Source: Azolla caroliniana
Lineage: Eukaryota; Plantae; Polypodiophyta
DNA: 64,000 nucleotides
NCBI GenBank assembly: GCA_043228905.1
Contig: JBHGNT010000017.1
Span: forward strand, 5,828,001 to 5,892,000
Direction of reading: 5' to 3'
Every line of letters begins with the position of its first letter. Position 1 is the first letter of the stretch. The position numbers and the translations under genes were made by a program. A model generated the notes under the pieces. The model was given only the letters and a program-made list of their open reading frames with translations. It was not told where the DNA came from and ran no database searches. This document shows, piece by piece, positions 36,900 to 48,200 of this stretch.

Positions 36900-38298
36900 C
36901 TATGGTTATGATACATTGGCGTTGTAAAAATGTCTCATTTATAGAGGAATCTAGTGAATCATGCATCATGAAGCAAGTGTGTTGCATCCCATCTACCAAA
37001 CCATTTTTCCATATCTTAAATCAAACCAGAACACAAAAATTTGCTTTAATGCATCTTTTGGATCTTTTTGTTTACTTCTCATAGGATTCTAGAAAGTCGA
37101 TGTGAGAAACTTTTTCGAACCTTAAGTATGTATTCAACAACCCTTTCCATGGTCATGATCTCAATGAGAAGTGATCCCATCTCAATGGCGCTTGTTCCTT
37201 AACTTGAAGAAACCTTGTAAAGAAATGTTATTGGACATTTTCAAACTCTTTCCAAATAGATTTAGGTATGTTATCATCCCATACTTCCATCACATAGAGA
37301 AGCATAGGTGTCACCAAAGTGTCGAAAAGGTATTTCTTGAGGATCTAACACTTAATATCTTTATAATTGCATGTGTTCTCAAATGAATATTATGCTCACT
37401 TTCTTGCCTCTAAGTGGTGTGTAGCACATTCAATCCATCTATGATTTGAAGGAACTTCAAGGCCAAGATATTTAAAGCTTTTCACAAATTCAAGTGGCTC
37501 ATTATTATACATAATGCACGGTTTATCTGTTTTTTTTCACAAGCATAATCTTTGTTTTAGAGCTATAGACACTTAATTTAGTATGCATGCAATTTTTTTC
37601 CAATGCCTTGCTTTTGTGCATCTCCTAAAGTATTTGCAATCATATATTCACTTAGTACTTCAAGTTCTTCCATTCGTCTCCAAACATGCTCACAAGGTAC
37701 CATATCAAAAGCTTATTAAAAAGAAGCAACAATATAAACCTCCACATGTCAAGTGACTTTCCTCCATTAATACTCAAAGGGTTACAAGGTGATTAATGGT
37801 GCTATGTGTTTTCAAAAGACAACTTATCCATAAGCTCTTTGTAAAGAATCGATGATGATTCTTGTGTAACGGAAAAGATGTGTGTTATGTGTATGTGTGA
37901 GAGGAATTAGAGGAGAGATGAGAGAACACAAGATGGATAAGAGACAAAATGAAGTACTCAAGAAGAAGGAGATGTATATTAAGAAGGAGAATATGATAAA
38001 TGAAAATGTAACATTACAAGGAGTCACAACCGACTTAGTATGAAGTATAAGGAGGGTGCTTTATATAGAGTCACCCTCTCTCTTCATTAACTTTACAACA
38101 ACCACTCTCTCTCTTGGGGAATGTGAAGACTCATAGTCATGGGAATATGTAACTCATTAGTTATGTGTCAGAGAATATGATTCTATGACACATAGTTAAT
38201 GTGTAGAGAGTAGTGGTGTGACTCTTGACCTTTGAGTAATCATGGATTCTCAAAAAGTGTGTTCACATGTTGCACTATGTTGAGCTTGATTCTCAACA
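36900..38298 (-). mobile_element. Copia RT relic plus an LTR-like segment (~37860-38298)
   Basis: Minus strand ~37450-37480 gctttaaatatcttggccttgaagtt resembles KALYGLK. The terminal gttgagcttgattctcaaca matches the solo LTR end at 4598. Confidence 0.4.
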
Positions 38299-39038
38299 CT
38301 CTCTTACCATTTTTTTCAACCCATGCACTTATCTTTGATTCCATTATACATCCAAATAGTTTTGCCATTAGGGAGCCAACCATGATGGTTTGAAAGCTTT
38401 TTGGATTGGAGAGAAAAAAGGATAGATCATGTCCATATAACCAACTTTCAAAGGAGAAGAAGGAAATCTAATGGAACAATCAAAGATATTGATAAGGAGA
38501 CAAAGATGGAGGATTGCCACACAAAAAACGCGAGGGGTGTGGATAGATTTAAGACACAAAGACCAAAGGTAAGAGACAAATACCGACAAGGAAATGAAGA
38601 AAGAAGAAGAATGTCACGCTATTATCCAGAGAGTGTTGATAGATTTCTTCATTACTTGATATATGACTTTGTGTGAAAGTTGCAGAGAAGGATAATTTTT
38701 ACATGACTTGAAGAAAAATAATTACCCCCATGTATTGCAATTCATATTCAATATTCTTCCATGGCATTGCTAAATGATGTGCATCGAAATTAGAATATCC
38801 TAGATTTTGATGGTTTTGTGCTTCATAGAAGTTGTCTTACGATCATGTGAAGATGTTACATATTCGGCATATCTATTAGATTGGACACATCCATTCTGTA
38901 ATTCATAAGAAGATATAGATGGGCATGATAATGTAAGTGTTGTGTGAAATCTCCACCAAGAAGGGTGAGCAAACATGCATGCATTATTTTCACATACAAA
39001 GTTTTTACTAAGAAGGGGTCACATACAAGGTGATATAT

Positions 39039-39258
39039 TGTGAAATGCTCATAAAAGGAAACCAAACCAGCCTAGCTAGCTTCATACTTATCATTCAATA
39101 TATAGAAGATACAAAGAACCCATTTTGGGACGGCCTAGCTACACGTGTCCCAAAATGGTGTGCTAAAAGGGTGGGCTAAAATGGGTGATGTGCTAAATGG
39201 GAGTGGCTAAAAGAGTGGTGTGTTCAAATGCATGCTCTTGCATGAAAGGGACACCACA
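39039..39258 (-). repeat. 3' LTR
   Basis: Direct repeat of 42828-43047; preceded on the minus strand by the PPT gaggggggaaa. Confidence 0.95.
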
Positions 39259-39285
39259 TTTCCCCCCTCAGAAAAACAAGGAGTG

Positions 39286-41802
39286 TTACGTTATGAGAGA
39301 AGGAGGGGTGCTAGAAGATAGGCTTAGGGTAGCATATGGCTTGATACGGGCAACATGGGTTGAGGTGAATCGACCGTTGGAATCGCGTCGGAGTAAGTAA
39401 GTCGTGGACTTGATGCCACGAATTACGGTGAATGGGCTGAGGTATTTTGTTATGACAAGGATATACCTGTTGCCCCTAGAGGTTTCGGGAAAAGGTCCCA
39501 TGAAATCCCATCCGACTAGCTCGAAAGGTGACGTGACGGTGATGGGTTGGAGTGTTCCAACTGGCTTGCCCCCAGGTTTGATGTGTTGACACAAAGCGCA
39601 TTGTTTGATACAGGTAGAGACTGAGTGTCTCATGTTGGGCCAATAATACTTGAGATGTAATTTTTCAAGAACCTTGTGGAAACCCAAGTGGCCCGACAAT
39701 GGGTGGTCGTGATAAAATTGGAGATACGTTTGTTGTAGGGCATGAGGGATGTAGAGACGAGGCTCGTGATGCGCTTGAATGAAGAATACCAAGTTATCGC
39801 GGAGCATGAACCGTCGTTGTGAGGGAAACGGTTGGAGGGAGCGCAACTGATGGATTATCTGTTGGATGATGGGGCCGTGTTGTTGAAGCGTAGCGAGTTG
39901 TGGCAATGGTATCGGAAGATCGGATGTCTCAGGGAGAAATTGGACAGCCTAGTAGTCGGCGTGAGAGAGACTATCAGCGACCAAATTGGTTGCACCTTTC
40001 CGATAGGAGAGGGTAAACTGATACTCTTGAAGTGCTAGCGTCCATCGCAACAAGCGGCCTGGGGGGTGAGGTCGATGGATAAGAGAAAGCAAGGGTTGGT
40101 GGTCGGTCTCAACCGTAACTTGTCCACCATGAAGGTATGGATGAAAACGCTGGAAAGACCAGACAATCACAAGTAGCTCCTTCTCAGTGGTTGAGTAGTT
40201 GTGTTCAGCCGACGTGAGAGTCTGACTAATGAAGGCGACCGCCTTCTCTTGCCCATGGCAATCGGCTTGCAAGAGGACGGCTCCTAACCCCTGGTTTGAT
40301 GCGTCTATCTGCAACGTGAACGGTCAGTCAAAGTTAGGATGGGCGAGCAACCCCGATTCCTTGACCTTGGTTTTAAGGCGACGAAAGCTATCTTCACAAG
40401 CAGGATCCCAACTGAATGACACGCCTTTCTTCAAGAGTTGGCGAAGGGGAAAAGTGACCAAGGCAAGGTTTGGGATGCAGCGAAGGGAAAAGGTGATCAT
40501 GCCCAAAAAACGTTGCAAGGATTTGACTGAAGTGGGGTGAGGGTAGTCGTTGATGGCTGCTACCTTTGCAGGGTCCATACGGATTCCGTCACCAGAGATG
40601 ATGAAGCCGAGAAAACGGAGGCTAGTGCTTCCCCATCGACACTTCTTCCATTGGAGCTGCAAGTTATGTTGAGTTATGCAAGCGAGGACTTCGGCGAGAG
40701 TTTGTAGATGGTCCTCCCAAGTGGTCGTGTGGATAAGGATGTCATCGAGATAAACGAGGAGGACACCTTTGTTGATAAGGGCGGCAAAAATGGAGTTGGC
40801 CATGCGTTGGAATGTGCTGCCAGCATCAGACAGGCCGAACGGCATGCGGGTGAATTGGAATAGCCCGCGGCGTGTGCGGAATGCGGTCTTGTGGGCGTCA
40901 GAAGGTTTTAGGGGGATTTGCCAATATCCCGAGGCTAAGTCTAGGGAGGTGAAATAACGGGAGCCACCAATTTGATCCAAGAGGTCGTCCACGCGAGGGA
41001 GCGGGTAGAGGTCATGGATAGTCACTTTGTTAAGAGGCTTGAAGTCGATGCAAAAGCGGAAGGTGCCATCATCCTTCTTGACGAGGTGGGGTTCCGAAAC
41101 CCAATCGCTGGTGGAAGGAACGATAATACCTTTGGTGAGCATGTCGGTGACGACCGCATCAATGCGATCATGGTCGAGAGGGGAACGTCGGCGGGTAGCC
41201 ATGCGGATCGGAGTGGCCTCCCCAGTACGAATGGCATGTTGTACTGGGAAAGAGACAGTAGGAGCATGTGTGGGTTGGAGGATTAGTGATGGAAAACGGG
41301 CTAATAATTGGCGGATGGAGACCAATCGCTCTTGTGGACTAAGTGCTACCTAAACTTGGCTAAGGTGGGGGCTAGGGGAGCTATCTTGTAGAAGAGGGAT
41401 AGGGGAAGCATGTGGGACAAGAAGTTTGTGGGCCTCAAAATCAATCACAGCGCGGCGCTTGAGGAACCAATCACAACCTAGGGTGAGGGGGAAGAGTTGG
41501 TGGGGGGGCAAGACATAAAAGTGATGTGAGAAGGTGATAGTGCCTAAGGTGAAGGTGCAATGGGCTTGTGTGTGAGAGTGGTAAAGATGTTGGTGATCGC
41601 CAAAAAGGACTTGGATGGAAGGAGCAGTGGATGTGGGGAGACCTAATCGGTGTACTAAAGCGGTGCTAATAGAAGATATACTACTACCAGTGTCTAATAA
41701 GATGGTGTGGGTGCAGTGATTAATGGTGGCGAGGGCGGTGCATACCCTCGAACTAGAAGAGGCAGACGCTTGGATGTGGAGGGTTGGCTCTTCCATCAGC
41801 AC
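39286..41802 (-). pseudogene. pol: gypsy pol (protease, RT, RNase H, partial integrase)
   Basis: LLDTGSS; MPFGL..YLDDILI; IDAS..YSTTEKELL..TDH; H-x6-H..CALC. Single frame broken by 3 stops (41350, 40324, 39949). Integrase core missing between VITKYLS and PFTV. Confidence 0.93.
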
Positions 41803-41810
41803 CCCGGACG

Positions 41811-42778
41811 TCAGTTTCCCGGAAGCTCAGCCAACGATGCCGCGTCAGCCATAGTTATCTGGACTTGTTGCTTGTGAGATTGTTGTTGCAATTTCCGGCA
41901 CTGACGTCGGACGTGTCCATAATTGTGGCAGTAGAAACACCTCGGGCGCCCTTGGCTATCACAATCGGGATGGTTGCGGCGAGCCTGCAATTGCATGTTT
42001 TGGACATCAATGTCCATGGGGGCCGCGCCTTGGTATTGGGCGCGTGAGTCGGTGGCTGATGGATGGGGCCAACGAGGTTGGGTGTCAGATAATGTACAAG
42101 CTTCGATTCGTTGGGCGATGAGGATGGTGTCGTTGAATGTCTGCGTACCTTGGTCCCGAGCGCGGCGAGTGATGTCGTGGCGCAGACGAGGCCATAAGAA
42201 GAAAAGCTTCACATGCTCGGGCATGGTAGGGTCAGCGCGAATGAGGAGTTGATTGAGGCGAACACCAAATTGTCCCACGGGTTCGTGTGCTTGTTGTTGC
42301 AATGTTTCGAGTTGTTGTAACGCCGTTTGGGCTGAATTTTGATGGGCGAAGTTTTGTACGAGGAGATCCCGAAGGATCACCCAATTCTCAGTCACGTCGC
42401 TTGATTGTTGGACGTACCAAGTGGCGGCGACGTTTTCGAGCAGGGTACGAACTTCCAAAGCTTTGCGCTCGTCGGACCATCGATGGTAACTAGAGATCAT
42501 CTCAAAATGATCCAACCAAGCTAAGACATCCTGGGAAGGCAATCCGAAGAAGGACTTCGGGCGCACCTTGGAATCTGGACGATCTTGCGCGCGGTCGTTG
42601 TGAGCGGAGAGGAAGGAGAGCATAGCTTGATTCGTATGGCTGATTTGAAGCATGATGTTGGAGACGAGTTCCAGGAGCTGCTCCATTTGGAAAGGGGGAG
42701 GTCGTGCGTGAGGTTGCGAGAACTCAGGCTCCATCGGGGTATCGACGTTGGAGGCGGCGGAAGGGAATTGGGATGCCA
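41811..42778 (-). CDS. gag: gypsy gag with CCHC knuckle
   Basis: Open ORF with PMDID and CFYCHNYGHVRRQC; first ATG gives MASQFP. Confidence 0.88.
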
Positions 42779-42827
42779 TGAACAATGTAGTAGTGGCTAA
42801 AATTTGAGCCCGCTTCTCCACCAATTA

Positions 42828-43047
42828 TGTGAAATGCACATAAAAGGAAACAAAACCAGCCTACCTAGCTTCATACTTATCATTCAATATATATAAGATA
42901 CAAAGAACCCATTTTGGGACGGCCTAGCTACACGTGTCCCAAAATGGTGTGCTAAAAGGGTGTGCTAAAATGGGTGATGTGCTAAACGGGAGTGGCTAAA
43001 AGAGTGGTGTGTTCAAATGCATGCTCTTGCATGAAAGGGACACCACA
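42828..43047 (-). repeat. 5' LTR
   Basis: Followed on the minus strand by taat-TGGTGGAGAAGCGGG (PBS). Confidence 0.95.
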
Positions 43048-44321
43048 ATATTTATTTGGTCCCAAATTTAGGTCAAATTTGGTGTCCTTGTGGACAATAA
43101 AAAATCTATTCTTTTCTATATCTCCCTCTAGCTCTCCCACCACATCAATAAAACCATATTCCAAACACACTTGGCTAATTTACAAATTACCCCCAAAGCA
43201 TTTCTTGCACCATCTTATAGGGCAATTTAACTATTACAAGGCCAAACCTATTAGTCTTATCTTTACCATATTAGTCTAATCTTTACTTTGTTAATTTACA
43301 ATTTATTTGTAGCCATCTTACTTAAGAGTGACTTATAGAATGTGTCACATCCACATGGTCATGTTCCGTTCTTCTCTAAAGAGACGCCTATTACACTAAC
43401 CAAAGGGTTGGAACAACTCCAAATTTTTTCATATTGTTGGATGACCAATGAATAGTTGCAACCAATCTTCAACAAGTAAAAGAGCTTGACTGTTGATGAA
43501 GCTATTTATTTAGTAGACTCAAGCAGATGATTGTCACATTATTGTGTTGTTTCGAGTAAAACACTTCTCCGCATTTGAGCGAGGTACTTACGGCATTGTT
43601 CATGTCTAATCATGTTGAAGGATTAGAAGTTCTTCCTCATTCTTCTTCTTCTAAACTCATATTACATACAGCTTATGAAACAAAATTGATCTCAAATCTA
43701 TTTTATATATCTTTCTGATCATGAAACTTACATGTATTTGTTAAGAGATGACGAGACTTTTTATATTGTATGTATTGTAGGAAGAAAACAATGGCAAATC
43801 CACGGTTTGACACAGAATTTGGATAGATATTGAATACACAAGTCCTATTTCTTTTATGCCCATATTAGTGTTTTTATTTATTTTGTTTGTTTATCTTTCA
43901 ATGTCTATATTTTTTTTATTTGTTCATTCAGATTAGCGATTACGTTTTCCAGCATCCATAATTAGCTCTGTAGTAGATGTTAACCTTTTGTGGATGATAT
44001 ATCATTAGAGTTATCATCCCTGAATATGAAGGACGATTCAGGTTCAGATGATGGTACGATTCTGAATCCTCAAATCAAAATGATGGTGATGATGACGATT
44101 TGTGGGTTATACACTGGTGATTCTAGTAATTCTGCTAGTCGGGCTGTTTGAAGAGAATTACTAATCATACTGTTGATGATGCAGACAATGACAATGACTG
44201 ATGACGATGCAATTCAGAATCCTCAAATAAAAAAAGATGATGATGGATGGTGGGCTGCTATAAATTGTTAAGCTCATAACTCTACTAGTCAGGGGCATTT
44301 TGAAGATAGTTACAAATCATA

Positions 44322-46283
44322 TCAGGCTGCAGCAATGAATTCCACACTGGTTTTGGCTGCTGGCCTCTCTATAGGTCCTGCTGGCGATGGTCCTCTAAAA
44401 CCCACTGTTATCTTGTCCTGAACACACAAATGGAATGGTGGGGGATCAATCTTACTCTCTCGAAATTTGTAGCACAGCTGACATGATAGTCCACCACGAG
44501 CTAATGATGATGATGATGATATTGTTGCTGATGATGATGTGTGGTTTATGTTATTCTGATAGTCAGAATTAAGGCTACATACGAGCCCCCTTATTTTGGA
44601 CATATCTACTGTAGCATTCACTCCAATCTTCGAATTATATACATTTTGGTGAAGATCAGAAGAAGCTAGTGATTGTTGCTGATGAATCATACCATTCGTA
44701 TTGTAACTCCAATAATGGGTCTGAGCTTTCTGAAGATTAGGATTCTGAGTTCCTGATACCACTAAACCAGGATTCTTCAGGAGGACGATATTATTATTCC
44801 CTCCTGTGGAAGAGAAGACCGGAGATGATAGCGTTGTGTGATCATCTTTACTTAGAACATTAGGGTTCAGAAGTCCATCTCTACTCTGGATTAGAGAAGG
44901 CCTCCCTAAGAGAGCATCATTGTATCTTTCTTGGAAGTCTTCACTAGCCTTGATGGACAGGTTATGGTGGTGGTGGTGGTGGTGATGGTGATGATACAAT
45001 TGCCATGACTTACTACTATGATCATCTCTAAGGAACATATTCGGCTGATCGACATTATGATTCCTCGACCACTGTTTAGCTCCATCTTGCAATATTTGCC
45101 TTGGATAGAAGTTGCAAATACCTCGTCCACGAGACAATATATTTGCCATGTTTGCTCCTATTTGCTTCTCCATATTATACATCTTCTCATGCAATCGAGC
45201 ATTATTGATAGCTGTAGTCGATACTAATGGGCTTGAGTTCATTAATGCAGCTTGCTGTTCTCCTCTAGTCAGTAAAATTTTCTGATCTGATCTGTTGAGT
45301 AACTTTACATGATGAGACGTGATCAAATTAGCATGTGGTGCAGATGGTGAGCTCATCACGATGTTCTGATGATGATCAGGCACTACTCGAGATGATGAAG
45401 ATGAATTATCTGGAATCAGAGTTAGCCTACTTTTTCTTTCTGGAGAAGATTGCTGGTTATTAAACCCTGAATTCATCATACACTGGAGACTAGTATAATG
45501 ATCAGCTCTATGAGACCAACTATTATGTTCTTGCCTTGTCTGTGGTAACCCCTGGGATGATTGAATATTTGTTTGAGAAGAACCACGACAAATTTGTGAA
45601 TTGCAATCTCCAAATAAATTTGGTTGCTGTGGATCACCATTTAAATGCAAAAGATCCACAGATTGTTGTGTATCAACCATTCCTTTTCGGGCTGGCCGAT
45701 TATATCCCATTCCGTCCATAAGAGCTATTGGTTCAATCTTATCATCCAGAGATTTTACATCGTCCATATCTACTACATTAGTACTACTTAACATATTCTC
45801 CAAAGTAAGTGATTGCTTTGTGTTTATATGATTAACCAAATCAGTACAGCTCATATGATTCCTGTCTTTTTGTACAGGATCCAAAGAATGGCATATTATA
45901 AATTCCTCTCCATTTTCCTCTTGATCTGTGCTTCTTCTTTTTCCTGTGGTGCCTTTCCTTTCTTTCTTTGACTTCTTAGTGGTAACTAAGAAATGACAAT
46001 CTTTCTCCCACTTTGGATTATGCTGATTCAAGATGATACTGAAATTAGTGTTCTCATTGATAGGCAATTTCTGTCGACTATCACTTATAGTGTCTTTTGA
46101 TGTTCTTCTACAGACGAAAACAGCAGACATTTGTCCTGATGGAAGACCTACCTTCTGAGTCAGAAGGCTTTGAAATCTTTTGAATGTTAGCACAGAATGT
46201 ACACCAATGTATCCTTTATCATGCTCCTTCTCTCCATCATGGAAGACCACAGGATATGGTGTAGCAAAGGTTTCCATTGTCAT
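44322..46283 (-). CDS. Intronless plant protein, DUF7138-type N-terminal domain, long low-complexity middle, conserved Cys/His C-terminal motif
   Basis: 653-aa ORF. YPVVFHDGE..FKRFQSLL..KLPINENTNF at the N-terminus; CQLC..PPFHLCVQD..GFRGPSPAGPIERP at the C-terminus. Family assignment from memory. Confidence 0.8.
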   Translation of the reverse strand: MTMETFATPYPVVFHDGEKEHDKGYIGVHSVLTFKRFQSLLTQKVGLPSGQMSAVFVCRRTSKDTISDSRQKLPINENTNFSIILNQHNPKWEKDCHFLVTTKKSKKERKGTTGKRRSTDQEENGEEFIICHSLDPVQKDRNHMSCTDLVNHINTKQSLTLENMLSSTNVVDMDDVKSLDDKIEPIALMDGMGYNRPARKGMVDTQQSVDLLHLNGDPQQPNLFGDCNSQICRGSSQTNIQSSQGLPQTRQEHNSWSHRADHYTSLQCMMNSGFNNQQSSPERKSRLTLIPDNSSSSSRVVPDHHQNIVMSSPSAPHANLITSHHVKLLNRSDQKILLTRGEQQAALMNSSPLVSTTAINNARLHEKMYNMEKQIGANMANILSRGRGICNFYPRQILQDGAKQWSRNHNVDQPNMFLRDDHSSKSWQLYHHHHHHHHHHNLSIKASEDFQERYNDALLGRPSLIQSRDGLLNPNVLSKDDHTTLSSPVFSSTGGNNNIVLLKNPGLVVSGTQNPNLQKAQTHYWSYNTNGMIHQQQSLASSDLHQNVYNSKIGVNATVDMSKIRGLVCSLNSDYQNNINHTSSSATISSSSSLARGGLSCQLCYKFRESKIDPPPFHLCVQDKITVGFRGPSPAGPIERPAAKTSVEFIAAA

Positions 46284-46988
46284 GATGGAATATATAGTCT
46301 CCGATTTTTATAGCATGTGACTTTAGGAATTTCTGCCGTGAATTTGCCTCGTTTTGAAGGAGATTTGAAGCAAAACCTCTGATGTAAATATCTTACAGCG
46401 CCATCATATAATACATGCTGAGATAGACCCCCAAACAGAAGAAATATTAGTCAGATATGAAACTTTAAACAGATTCGAATAGATACAATGCAATACAAAA
46501 CGAAACTGAAAGAAGATAATCAAGAAGAAAAAGATCCTATTGTTTACACTGTTCGCCAAAATGTGGTTAAAAAGAATGGATTAATGGCATCTGAGTTGTA
46601 CAATTTTAAGTAGCAAGAAGAAGACAGAGGAGCGAAATATACGACAGGAAAATCAAACTGTAGCAGAACGAATAGGTTAAAAGGAGACAACCAAGTTCGG
46701 CAGAAGGAAATTTAGTTACATAATTAGAGATTCGTGGGATGAAGCGATCAAAGAACAAAAGAACGAAAACAAAAGGGAGGATTGATAAATACTTGTTCAT
46801 CTGCGTGCGGTGTGCAGTACTGATTTCTCGGCAATGCGCTTGGCGATGGGGATGGAGATGGGGATGGCGATGGCGATTTTCTGTTTTATTTCCTCGCGTT
46901 TCGATTATATACCGTCAGAGAGAGAGAGAGAAAGAGAGACAGGCTTTTTAAAGTCTATTTACACCGACTCTCCATCAACACATACAAA

Positions 46989-47016
46989 TACATACATACA
47001 TACATACATACATACA

Positions 47017-47046
<30 letters not shown>
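46989..47046. repeat. (TACA)n microsatellite
   Basis: Directly visible. Confidence 0.95.
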
Positions 47047-47048
<2 letters not shown>

Positions 47049-47299
47049 ATTATCATCTTAATGTCATCCTAATTAGCCACCTTAATCACTCAATCTCCTC
47101 GTGATGTTCTAGAACAGACTGATCTATATCTCTCAATACTCGGTTTATTTTACATTTCGTCACGATTATTGACAGCCATCTGTTGGCCATTCATTGTACA
47201 CGTCCTGCCCCTCTTGGACTCCCAACTCCCTGGCTCGGACATCATTCGAGACCAACGTACCCTTAACGTTCATACATTGGCTCCTTGAAATCCCCCGAA

Positions 47300-48200
47300 T
47301 GCTTTAAAATAAAGTGAAGACGTAATTTGCATTGGGTAACACCCGAGGTCTTGAGTCTTTTGATAGCATGGATTGAATGAATCGAACATAGTGGGAATAA
47401 CACTTTTTAAACCTCTTGTCGTTCATCCGAATGTTTAAACATGTGATGTGATATTGCCATGACTAATAAGAACGGGCAGTTATAATGAGCTTACTTGAGA
47501 GGAGCAAACATCACAAGTCACGATATTTAAAAGGAAAGCAAACAAGTTGCTTGGATCTATTGGTAGCAAACCATTGATTTGGATGCACTCGAATTGATTG
47601 TTGTATTGGAATTGAGGATTGTAGAGTTATATATTGGAACCTAATGCCCTTTCAAAACTTATATGGCGGTATGTGCATTCATATTATGTGCAATTTGTGT
47701 TACAATGTTTGACATGCAATCATGAAATATGTTCAAGTATGGTAGAGAGCAGATAATGAGATAAAATGTTATAGCTAATATAATCTTGAACATATTACTT
47801 TGTGGACAACAACGTGATGCTCTTATTATGGTCAAGAAATACACTTGCACATAGGGAGATGACCTTCCATTGAAAATCTCGATCATCATAGACACTGCAA
47901 CTAAGATAGGTTCAACTTGTTTACATCATTTGAAGAAGAAGGAAAACTCTACAATCTCATTAGATCATCCCATTATGTTTTGTATAGTGTCATCTTTTAC
48001 AAATGAAGAGTGATCCTAATTAAAAGAACATGAAAATGTGAAGGGCATATTTTACACTTAAAACATAAAAAAGCTTCGTGACATAAATATACAAATGGTA
48101 GTTGTGATCGTCAATATACGTGCCTACCAACATCTACCAATGTAGTTTGCTTCCATGATGTGAATGATACTTAGGTTTGATCTCACATATTTGCAATTAT
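47300..48200 (-). mobile_element. Very degenerate copia RT/RNaseH relic
   Basis: Minus strand near 47860-47880 IFNGRS resembles AFLNGDL; no ORF. Confidence 0.25.

Larger units (their letters stand above)
39039..43047 (-). mobile_element. Ty3/gypsy LTR retrotransposon, both LTRs present, defective
   Basis: 220-bp LTRs at 39039-39258 and 42828-43047 (TG..CA, about 6 mismatches); ATAT flanks; PBS 42810-42824; PPT 39259-39268; order gag-PR-RT-RH-INT. Confidence 0.96.
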
